A stretch of DNA of 59,419 nucleotides, counting the filler, from Platydemus manokwari (lineage: Eukaryota): NCBI GenBank assembly GCA_037951405.1. It is 5 parts of 5 records of this genome, joined end to end, with 100 filler letters (N's around TTAATTAATTAA, not from the genome) between each part and the next. Parts side by side here need not be neighbours in the genome. Positions count along the whole stretch, not along the records: positions 1 to 15,769 come from JBBMOY011241429.1; positions 15,870 to 26,133 come from JBBMOY011152104.1; 3 more parts are not named here. One strand, written 5' to 3'. This document shows positions 14,856 to 26,233 of this stretch, piece by piece (position 1 is the first letter of the stretch; every line of letters begins with the position of its first letter). A program made the position numbers and the translations under genes. The notes under the pieces are model-generated. The model worked only from the letters and a program-made list of their open reading frames with translations, was not told where the DNA came from and did not search any database.

Positions 14856-15769
14856 ATATCAATAATTAAAACAACATACCCAACCAAACAATTATAAATA
14901 AACATATAGAATTATAGATAAATAATAATTTTTTTTACAAGTATAAAATCACATTGTGAGCCAAAATAAGATTTCATGAAAATAAATTAGTTACGATTGT
15001 TGAAATGAAATTAAATAGAAATTTTGGTGTTATAAAGTAACGATGAATATCACTTAAATTATCGAATTGAAGATAAATATAAGTATAGGTTGCGATTTTG
15101 TTCCCAACAGAATCTGCTCGAATCAGATACATAGGAAATGTTTGAATCACTCTCGTATAATAATAATAATAATACTAGTTAAGATATAAATAAACAGGTA
15201 AAATATGAGCTGATCCTGAAAAATATGACAATAAATTATTAAATAAACGAATACAATAAAATAAATTGGATTTTAATATACTCTTTAAGATAAAATTCTA
15301 TTGTGGACGGGTGGACTCTTCAGGAGAACATTGAGGTGTGCCCAACTAGTTGGCGAGACACCCTGTGCTCAAAAAAGAAGGTGGGAGATAATAAAGTAGA
15401 GCTCAAATAAGTTTAGAACAACTACACAGCTATCGAGATAGCTGTGGGCGCGTAATAAAAACATAAAATTTTACTCATTATGGTTGCAACAACATAGGTA
15501 GCTAAATTACGAAAATTTAAATGTTTCGCTGTGTGCTTCTTGAACAATAAAAAGGATTTGTAGAAATGCTTCGTAATCAATCGATTGATAAAACTGGATG
15601 CGCTTGAATTTTTCGTTAGTAATTGTTTAATAATAATTGCTTCGTCTGAATTTTTCTTCGGAATAATAAATTTTGAATTGTGAGTTAAACTCTTGAAAAA
15701 GAATTGAATAAATCGCTTGCTCTTATATACTGATTTTGTAAGTCGCATGCGTCATATCAGTGTGTTAAT

Positions 15770-15869
15770 NNNNNNNNNNNNNNNNNNNNNNNNNNNNNNN
15801 NNNNNNNNNNNNNTTAATTAATTAANNNNNNNNNNNNNNNNNNNNNNNNNNNNNNNNNNNNNNNNNNNN
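15770..15869. other. Artificial contig spacer (44N-TTAATTAATTAA-44N)
   Basis: 100-nt spacer with a six-frame stop linker, identical at 26134-26233, 36995-37094 and 50197-50296. Confidence 0.97.
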
Positions 15870-16192
15870 AAAGAAGCTTTAGTCAGAATGAAATGTTCAA
15901 ATACCCAAATATCTGATATTGATTTGGACGATATGTTAAGTGATGACTGTCGTTATTAATTGACTTTGTGTTGTAAATAGCTTTATATGATTATTTTAAT
16001 CATTTAAACTTTTTTCTTTACGTAAAATACAAATTTAATCCTTTTTTTTATTTAAAATTGTTGGATTTATTTTATTAAAAAAAATTTAAAAAAATACAAA
16101 AAATGTTTATTTTTTAGAGGCAAGGTTTCGATATAACGCCGTTTTGATATGACTCGGAACGAATTAACCGCGATATACGAGGGTTGCCTGTA
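15870..16192 (+). mobile_element. 3' end of a pogo/Tigger-like Tc1-mariner superfamily element
   Basis: Ends ...CCGCGATATACGAGGGTTGCCTG|TA (reverse complement TA|CAGGCAACCCTCGTATATCGCGG), with a subterminal TTTCGATATAACGC repeat. A short open tail EALVRMKCSNTQISDIDLDDMLSDDCRY* lies at the contig edge. Confidence 0.55.
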
Positions 16193-16800
16193 CTTGATTC
16201 ATCATATTAGGCGTTATTTATTGTTTTGCTGATGTCTGAATATTTAATAACTTTGTATTCTATTAATGTGAATCATATTGTTTCCTATTCTTAATTTTTA
16301 TTTTTTTTCATTAAATATTTACAGTTGTCTTGTTAATCAACAATGAGCATTCAGACAGAAATCATATTCGAACTTCAACCAAAATTATAAGCTCTAATTT
16401 TTATTGAAGTAAGCATAATTGATAAGAAATATTATTACAAAATTATTGTTACTGAAAAGTAAAATATTTTCAAAAATTTTAATGTATTCTTGGTTCAAAT
16501 TTGAAATCTCAATTCAAATTATTATAAGAATCTAGCGGATATTTTATCTTCTTGAAACATCTGAACTCAACATATATTGTTTTCAAGCATTCTATTGATG
16601 AATCATATATGATTCTATTTTCTCTTTCAATCCTATAGTCTTTAATCACATAATTATTCAAGATATATACAATTATCTCAAGAGTCGGATAAAATATAAT
16701 TGAAAACAAAATCTATTAAATTAAGTTTTTCATTGGCCAATAAGTATCATTGGATAAAATTATCAACATCAAATAATGCAGTACGATTTTTGTTATTTTT

Positions 16801-17310
16801 AAAATTATATTTTATTTCTCATTTCTACTTTATTTTGATCAATCAGAAAGAATCATCTGTCTAAACATTGAGCATCAAAACTTTGTCGTTACGAACATCA
16901 AGGCCAATCAAATTGTTAGGCTTCAGAAAGATGTCTTTCAATAAATGGAAGACTACCAGTTGGCACAGAAATAGGAATAATTAGGTCATTTTTAAATATT
17001 AATTTTTTTATTTAGGATTGATGTACTTGTTAATTGAAATAATTATTGATAAAAAGCCTTGATGGTTACCGATGTGATAGTTACATTATCTGTCAACATA
17101 AATGTTTGGTAAAATACTGAACCAGACAATCGTAGTGTGAATAAATACTGCATGTTATTACACAGGTCATACGTGTGTCTTAGCTATAATTTAGAATAAT
17201 TCCATCCAATTATCTTTAAAATAATTCTAAATCACATTTATAATATGATAATGAAATTGTTTGTTATAATTAAATTACTTTGACCTGTAAAATGCACTGA
17301 TGATCAGTGT
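16801..17310 (+). pseudogene. Pseudogene copy of the C-type lectin-PAN gene at 22488-23226
   Basis: Colinear with exon 1 of the intact gene: ATG changed to ATT at 16804, YFDQSE, C*ASERCLSINGRLPVGTEIGIIRS, NVW*NTEPDNRSVNKYC, up to the same GTAAAT donor at about 17309. Multiple stops and frameshifts. Confidence 0.85.
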
Positions 17311-18492
17311 AAATTATTTTTTCTTTTCTGAGATTTTTCCTAAAAAATTATTTGTTTTTAAGGTGAAAATTGTAAATCTTTTTACTATAACGTTGTAGGT
17401 AAACACTGTGGACTTAAATATACTTTGCTGACAAGTAAGAACAATAGATAACTTACATGGCGAGAGTACCACACTATTTCTTAATAGAATATCAGATCGA
17501 TTTAATTCGGGAGATAAATAACTTGGAATTTTATTCAATTCCATCATTATTGATTTTCAATAGAATCAATAAACATGTGATATTTTGATAATAAATATGG
17601 TAAATTCAATATTGGTATTAACTCATAAATATTAAATAAAAATTTATTTTCAAAAGTCAGTTTGAATTTTGAAATGAATTTAAACTCATGCGATAATCCC
17701 CATCAACACAATTTATGAATCACATAATCAATTTAATTTAATAAACCCCAATAATATATTTTATTTAAATATTCTGACTTGATAAATAAATATTTGAGAT
17801 ACTCCACAGTTTCAATAGTCGATATCGACATGTTGAAGCACTTCATCGAGTGTTTACATAAACATGTAATTGAAAATATTAATCATTTTTAGAATAGTTA
17901 TTCTTATGAGAATTTTATTGATATTTCTCTAAAATATATTTCTAATATCGATATTTATCTATTGTTTTCGAAATTGAATAACACAACGATTTGAAAATGG
18001 ATTCATAGTTTTTCTATTTCTATTTGTCACCAGAAGAGTTTAACCTAAACAAAATTATTTTTCGGATTTTTGAATATTGACCCATTCATCATCATTACCA
18101 TCACTATGATAGAAATTCTGTATTTTGAATAAAACTTATTTGTGATTTACACTTGTTATCATATTGTTGATAAACAGGACACCTGAAAATATTAAATGAA
18201 AATATCACCAAGTTAATGAAGAATAGGAAACAATTTGATTGGTCTTCATAAAATATAATTAAACTGTTAGTAGGCGTCTTATTTATAAAATGTTGATAAA
18301 AATATCTGCCTTTCTCAAATATTAATCTATTTTCAACACCGTGTCTAATGCTGAATATGGTATTCGATCCATTAAGAGTTAAATGTAAAACCAGTTATGA
18401 AAAGTTTGTAATAGAATTACAAAATAACATAATATTAAGTTTAATAAAATTTAACAATCACAAAGAGATCTTTTTATGTGAAATTTATTTAT

Positions 18493-19017
18493 CTACTTAC
18501 AAAAATCACAATCACTAATAGCTTTATTGAAGCACGTACCAGGTGCACAATCACGCAGCATGAGTCGTCCGTGAACACATTCTAAATATTTATGTCTGTC
18601 AGAATCACAAGGACCCAAAATGGTGACGTTACATTTTGTGTTAATTATTTCAGTACATGTTTTGGTTTCCTATACAAGAATTATGAACTAAAATATGCAA
18701 TTTAAAATCCAAACCTTTGTATCAGTTGGAGTTTTCCACGGGTATCTCATTAGCATTCTATGTGGTTTGTCAATTATGCAAAAACGATCCTCGTTGAAAC
18801 CACAAAAAGATCCATTTTCATCAGCTACTATTGTGATAGCGTTGCATTTTGTTTGTCTGGTACATGATATTATGCATTCAATAGACGATCGATATTGTTG
18901 AAATTGACAGTTAGTTGTTTCAAACATCCCACGAGGTGGTGTTCGAAATAAATATTGAAATGATTCTCTGCAATCACCAAGAAAAATAAATATGATGTTG
19001 ATTAATATGATTTTCAT
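18493..19017 (-). CDS. Secreted PAN/apple-like + chitin-binding type-2 (CBM14/peritrophin-A) protein, 159 aa, 2 exons
   Basis: Exon 1 19017-18715 has a hydrophobic signal MKIILINIIFIFLG and PAN-type ECIISCTRQTKCNAI...FC. A 45-nt GT-AG intron (18714-18670) leads to exon 2 18669-18493, ETKTC...PCDSDRHKYLECVHGRLMLRDCAPGTCFNKAISDCDFCK*, a CBM14-like pattern. Confidence 0.8.
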
Positions 19018-19419
19018 GAAATCATTAATTTATAAAAAAATATTGTAACTGATATACTCATATATGAGCGATTAACCAATCATATTAGTAGATATTTAAA
19101 ATGATAACAAATAATTACCAATGCATATATATATATACATATATATAATCGAAATTATGTTATCGAAACTTTCTCCAAGAACTTTAAATTAGGGAAAATA
19201 ATGTCAAATAATAATAATAATGACTACAAAAGTAAAGCATACAATATATTAGTTTTAAGAACCATTATTTATCTTCAGATACCAAGAAAATATAAAAAAT
19301 GATGCTATTTACTGAAATAAAGACTAGTTATTTTTAATCCAATCAATATGAATCTTTGGCTTACACGAATGCTAGCCTTTTCTTTATTTATTTAAATAAC
19401 TCGTCTGGTAATAAATGGT

Positions 19420-20020
19420 ATTGGAAACTTTCACCTCTTATTATGCAGAATCGATAACATTTAGAATATTAGACTGTTAGCGATGAAAATATTTACATTG
19501 CCTATGTTTAGATAAATGCCAAAACATTGACAAGATTGTCAACATATGTACTTTATAGAAGTTTCAAAACAAATATAATGATGGAGCAAATGAATATCAC
19601 CACGAGTTCATATAGCAATGGTAGTTCACCAATTTTATGTGACAATAATAAAATATGAGGCACAACAATAAAATATGTTGTGTTTAAAATATTTCTGAAA
19701 CACCATCTAATGTCTCACAGGAATTTCTGTATGAGCGGAATTTTTATCTTTCGTACCTTGTAAAATCGTAATAAATGTAAATTGGAACTTAAATAATTTT
19801 ACTTATACCAACGTAAATATGGCAATTATTGCTCCATATATCGATATGTAAAATGAGTGGTAGTATCTTCAACAAAAGATAGGGATATTGGAGTAGAAGG
19901 AAATTACCTCTGTATTACTTTCTTTGATATCACTACATTTTATTTTCTTAATTTAAAAACAGATTTAGAAGATTCCATCTTTCCAAATGATTTATATATA
20001 TATATATATATATGTGGATT
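19420..20020 (+). pseudogene. Third, 5'-only relic of the lectin duplication unit (upstream region plus start of exon 1)
   Basis: 19420-19620 aligns with about 21925-22165 upstream of the intact lectin. At the expected distance, LEDSIFPNDLY..CGL resembles LEGNVCPKDY..CES, interrupted by an (AT)n expansion. Confidence 0.55.
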
Positions 20021-22487
20021 AAAAAAGGCCATGATATACACGAGATATCGCCTTTCTACTAAAATGAATGACCTTCGTCGAAAGATCACAGAACGATTTT
20101 CACTTTTCCTATTTAACAGGTCTCTCAGCAATATGTAATGTGATATCTAAATCTTGAAAATCGAAACCTGGTCAAATAATACACAATAGAAAATATATTG
20201 AATAAATATTAAAAATATGGCATTTTCACTAGACTGGTGTTCTGATAAATTTCATCTAAAGGCGAGATATGCGTAAGAAGAAAGAAACAGGCCATGTCTT
20301 TACTGAGCCTGTAAAGTCATGAACCAAAAGCTTTGAGACCAAAGAAAGTTAAAATCAATCATAGAAAAATGAACTAAACATATATTTCAATAAATCTCTC
20401 TCTAACACTCTCTCAAACCAAAGTTTAACTGCAATGGTCAAAATAGTTTATCATATATCTGATATCAAAGACACCACAATCAAATAAAATGAGTTGTCAT
20501 TCTCAGGTAAAATAGCCTTCATTATCATTTGTAGTAATGTGTTTTTGTACTGCTGTAATATTGCTATTACAGGGTAAGGCAAAAGATTTCTTCCGATTTC
20601 TATACTAACAACGCCAACCATTTGAGTTAAAGCAAGCTGTGAAAATACTCATTACGGGTGTCCCAAAAATAATCGAGAGATCATCAATATCACCCATGTA
20701 CGAGAACGAAATGTGTCTTTTCCAAAGATGTATTATGTACGCATTAATCATAATATCCACTAAGCAATATAGGAGCCTATCACCAAATCGATTGGCTGAA
20801 CTTTGTATCCTTTCTTTATATCAACATCAAGAATAATAGCAAAGCGATTATTATCACTTGTGACAAGAGAATTAACCATATTATTTAACATTGTTTCCAA
20901 CTACCTCCTATGTAACCTAATTTGTCGAATAATCATACTCAAAACTATACAAGATCAATCAGATTTGAAACAATCCTCGCAACCACACAATAAATACATT
21001 AGATTTGATACCAACTTGCTCAAATTAATCATCTTGTACAACATTACTTACGAAAAACAATGCCTTCAAACTAAACGTACGTTAATAATAGATTACAATT
21101 ATATCTTAAATATACCATACATTTCCCTACAAAATTTTGATAACCAATTAAATCAATATAAACACTCGAACGCTCTCACTTGAAGTAAATTGTAGGATTG
21201 TCTTTCCTCGACTGTCAAAGCAGAGTGCAAGAAATCTGCATAGCAATCGAAGCAAAATTTGCTACTGTGATTAGATGAGAAACTTGCAAGCCTTTTCTTT
21301 AAGTCTGCCCTATCGAATAGTGTAGAGAATTTCACGGAATGTTTCAGTAAACACATAATACTACGGATGTTAAGATAACTAACCTTTGATTTAATATTAA
21401 ATATCTTACTAATTAATTTAGAATACTTTGAATTAAAACACTAATTATTCGAGTGAAATCTAGCATAATATTTTTCAGCACTAGCTTTACAAATTCCAAG
21501 TATTTACGATATACAGTTTTATATTATTATTATTTCCCAATCAAACTTTTATGATTATTCGAGAACTTTGAATCGGTTAATAAATTTGTAAGTACCTTTT
21601 GGTTAAAGAAATATTATATAAATATAAATAAAAAAATATACTCATGTCTTGTAAATAAATATAAAAAATATATATAAATAAAAATAAATAAAAATATATT
21701 CATGTCTTGTATTCGTGCAATAAAACAGATAAATTTATTGACTAAAAATACAACAATAAAGTAAGTCACCGAGAGCTAAACAGAGAAAAGATAATAACAA
21801 CAATGTTTATGGTCAGTGCAAATCAAAATTTGTTTAAAATTTTATATTTTAAATACATATAGCAAACTCCATATATAATGACTTGCACAGTTACTAATAT
21901 ATAGTGAAAGTGAGAAGTTGTTTTATTGAAAATTTCACTCATGGGAATTTATTATAAATAAAATGACATCAACAGTTTATTTTGTAATGCAGAAATGTTA
22001 ACACTTACTGGATTGTGTTTTTGGTTATGCAAATATTGACATTGTAGCTGTTGAGATAAATATCAAAACGTTGACAAGCTTGTCAACTTATATACATGTA
22101 AGGAGATTCTGAACAAATATGAGTGACAAATCAGTAAATATCAATACAGGTTTATATCACATTATCAAAATATCAATTTTATTTATCAAAGAAGCAAAAA
22201 TATTTATTATTTTCAACAATGGAGAAATCAGATTTTTTTCTTTATAAAATTAGTTTATAAATTGCAATCAACATAAACCATATTTTTATAAGAGATCTAC
22301 ACTAAAACTTTTTGAATGACAAAACTTATTTTTATTAAATGAACGAATACGTTATATAAAACATTCGAATGTGAAACTGATAAAAAATCAATAAAAATTC
22401 CAAACAAAATACTCTATTGGTCATCGATTTCAGTTGGTTGAGATAATCAACATAACCCCATATACAATCCAATGTTGCCATTTGAAA

Positions 22488-23226
22488 ATGATATTTTATT
22501 TATTATTAATTTTTTATTTTGATCAATTAGAAGGAAATGTGTGTCCCAAAGATTACACAAAATGTGAATCAATATGCTTTAAATATGAATATCAAAGACA
22601 ACCATTTTGTGAAGCAGCTGAAAGATGTTTTTCAGTAAATGGAAGATTGGCATTGGATACAGAAATAGAATTAATCAGATCTTGTCTAAAGGATGATGCC
22701 GGATTTATTATAGGTATGACAGATTTGTTCAATGAACGATATACCAATAAAACTGGATGGATAAATACCGACGGATCTATTTTTAAAGATGAAAAAGTTT
22801 GGAAAAATACAGAACCAAATAATTTGGTTGGGAATGAAGACTGTACGTATAGTTCTCATAAAGGCCTGCACGATGTTCCATGTGCCTACAGGTTAGCCTC
22901 AGTGTGTGTTAGTTTAAATTTTATGAAGATAAACTCAAAACAATTTAAAATCGATATGAACAACATCTATAATAATGACAATGAAACCGGCTGTTATAAA
23001 GAAATCAAATCGAAAAGTAAATTACATTGTGGAACACTGTAAATATTATTCTTAATCATAAATTATTTTATAAATATTTACTTACAGATGTCTTCAAGAC
23101 GATAACTGTAAGTCATTCTACTACAGTAATGCTCGAAAACAATGTATATTGGTTAAATTTGCAAGAAGTACACTGCCTGCAAATTGGCAAAATAGTGAAA
23201 ATGAATGGCAAGGGTACCACAACTAA
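22488..23226 (+). CDS. Secreted C-type lectin + C-terminal PAN/apple domain protein, 2 exons
   Basis: Signal MIFYLLLIFYF. CTLD motifs CFKY, AAERCFSVNGRLA, IGMTD, WINTDGS, WKNTEPNN, EDC, LHDVPC, SVC. A 49-nt intron (23039-23087) joins in frame to HCGTLCLQDDNCKSFYYSNARKQCIL (PAN pattern). TAA at 23224-23226. Confidence 0.9.
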
Positions 23227-24419
23227 AATTAAACAAGAATCTTTTTGATTTTATTTGGTAATGGAATTAATTTTTGTTTAACTGTGATTGATAAAAAATC
23301 AACCTTTTCTGTAATCTTTTTTTTCTGTAATTGTTTTATTGATTAAACGGTCATTGATTTTTATATTTAACCGATAAACAAGTGATATTATGATGTGCAA
23401 TATTTTGTATGTAATGTGTTATAAATTTTCAAAACAATTATAAATTCAGCATTTCACTTTCAACTTTGAAATCAGATGTGAAGTATTGATGTGCAATTTA
23501 TAAGTGACACTCCATATTTGATTTAGAAAATTTCCAGTGTATAATATGGGGTTATCTCAAGAATATAACTTGCATTGCACACTTCATTTTATTGTTTATT
23601 GATTGGATTATAATGAACCGTGTTCAAAATTCTAATCATATTGAATTAGTTTATCAATCAATGATAACATTTTAAATCCTCTTTCTTATTATATCTTATT
23701 TGTTATACATTGATTTTATCATGTGATTTTATCGCAAGCAACATATAAGTTAGACCTTTGACGAATATATTTTGTATAAATTAGTTTGCAAATTATTTAT
23801 TGATAATTTATTGATTAATATAGATTTATGAATTTTTGTCTGCCGTCAAGGGTATCATCACATTAATCAATAATTTTTTAGAAAAAGTTCTAGTCATTTA
23901 TATTTTTTCAAAAACTTCACATCACTGTGTATTTCCAAAAGGGCGCTCATGTAAGTGTTCAGGAGATTGAGGCTTGTATTACCACAAAGCAGCACTCTTA
24001 ACGGGAATCGAGATCTGTTAATCAATGGGCTTTATCTAATATAAAATAAGGGCACTAATCTCATAATACTGAATGAACGAAAGAAAAATAATTGAAATGC
24101 ATTTTAGAAGCTCTATTTTGAATTCATCAAAGTGGGATATTTTGAATGAAAATCAACGACTCTGAATCAGCGTCTTTTGTTATGAACGCCAAATTTATAT
24201 TCTTACAAACCATAACAGAGCCTCGCATTTCATATTATGAGTATTTAAATTACAAAATTATTTTACCAAATATTGTCTCACAAATTGGAAAATCAAGAAG
24301 AATGGATTGACATTATAGACGGACAAGTCATGTACTAATTTGAAAAGAATAAACCTTTTTATCTTAAGCCAAAATCTTTACCAAACAGATAAATTATCAA
24401 ATAAGTTAGATGATGGTGA

Positions 24420-25200
24420 AATAGCTATAGTGAATGTGAGAATGTTAAATTTAATATTAGAAGATTTAGTGTTATATAGCATTTGAATTTAAAACGCTAA
24501 ATTTTATCTAGAATTAATTTGATTTGTTTAAATAATTGTAGTTAAATAGATTATTTGAAAATGTTTATAATGTGTGCTTTCCAATAAAGTAGTCACGTCC
24601 ATGACAAAGAAAGGAAGGTGAGAGGCGGTGAGTTTATAAACGATACGATATTATAATTAAATAATGTCAATCACCTCTATCTAATAAATGAGTTACCGGA
24701 TCGCTTAGAATCGACTGACCTATGTTCAAATATTAATCACGTAAAGCCCTTATCCATTTCAGTCTTCAAGGATGTCATTTGAATAATTGCTACTATTACC
24801 AAGATCCGTACCCAATACCTCTCCACTCTGCCTACTAATGTAAAGAGCATAGAGTTTGTTTGACTAAATTAAGATTTGGTTATATAACCATCGTGTATAT
24901 AAACTACTGGGTTGTATTTAAATCAGTAAATAATGCGTAGCATTTTATTGTTTTGTTAAAATTATTTTATCTAGCACCTAATCCACATAAGCTCTATTGG
25001 TGAAGTCTCATAATCTGAAATACTTAAAAATCATTTTTGAACGAGACTGTTTTTTGAGAGCAGTTATTTATGGAATAAAATTCCATGCATGTTAGAGGAA
25101 AAATTGGATTGGGAGATCAACATTATATAAAGCTCTAATCTCGGGATGAATCTAAAACAAGAGATAGACAATTTATTAGATATCTTAAATTGTAAATCTC
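24420..25200 (+). mobile_element. Possible highly decayed non-LTR (LINE) APE-endonuclease remnant
   Basis: Fragments IAIVNVRML, DKERKVRGGEFI, IEFV*L, TGLY and WIG in the order expected for an APE domain. Heavily interrupted. Confidence 0.35.
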
Positions 25201-26133
25201 ATATTTTCCGTTGAGTTCAAACGTTACTTTAAATGTCGGCTGAGTTGAAAATCATTCTAATATTAAATTCTAATATCAGTTTTATATTTTATATTTTTAT
25301 ATTTTATATTTTTGCATTTTATTGAATGAATTCTAGTCTAGATTTGTAAAATAATTTTGCAAAATCTTAAATTTTACCTTTATTCCGTTGGTTTTTACAA
25401 TATTGATTAAGAACATTAAAACAAAACTCACATTAAAATGAAATAAAATGTTAGTAAAGAAACACGAAAGCAACTAATGAAAGTATCTCATTGGCCATGA
25501 ATATACACTGCATATTGTTTATAGATGCTCAGGTTTATGAATAATCAATAATCAATTAAATACGGTAGTTATAACCACCTTGGTTTCATCAGAGAACATT
25601 GTCGGGAGATTTACAGATACCGATAAAAATACATGATTTAGTTTTCATATGAATCTTTAAATCTCAACTTCAGTCAGTATTCAGCAAGTTTGCCCTAAAG
25701 ATTAACATGATAATAACTAGCCAATTAAAGTATAATTTCTAAAATTGGATCCACTGATATTTTATTGAATTATTGATTAAATTGATTCTATGGATAAGTG
25801 GATATATTACATCACTAGTGTTTTACATTATATTTGACTTATTATACATTATATAATATTATGAACAAAAAGGTGTAATTATCCCATTTGAAAATAAAAG
25901 ATATATTTTATACGAAGGAATAAATGGATTAGTTTGGTGAAATTTTGAAAAGGGAATTAAAAATTAATAAAAATAAAAAGAAATATATTTTTTAACTACA
26001 TATTTCATAAGGAGAAGATGTTAAAAGACTTTCATAAAACACATTTCCTATCGAAGCGAAGGAGTTTGCTTTATAATAGTTTTTTTGTCACTTATAATAT
26101 CTAATACTTTTTTTATCATTTATGGTGAGAGTC

Positions 26134-26233
26134 NNNNNNNNNNNNNNNNNNNNNNNNNNNNNNNNNNNNNNNNNNNNTTAATTAATTAANNNNNNNNNNN
26201 NNNNNNNNNNNNNNNNNNNNNNNNNNNNNNNNN
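26134..26233. other. Artificial contig spacer
   Basis: 44N-TTAATTAATTAA-44N. Confidence 0.97.
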
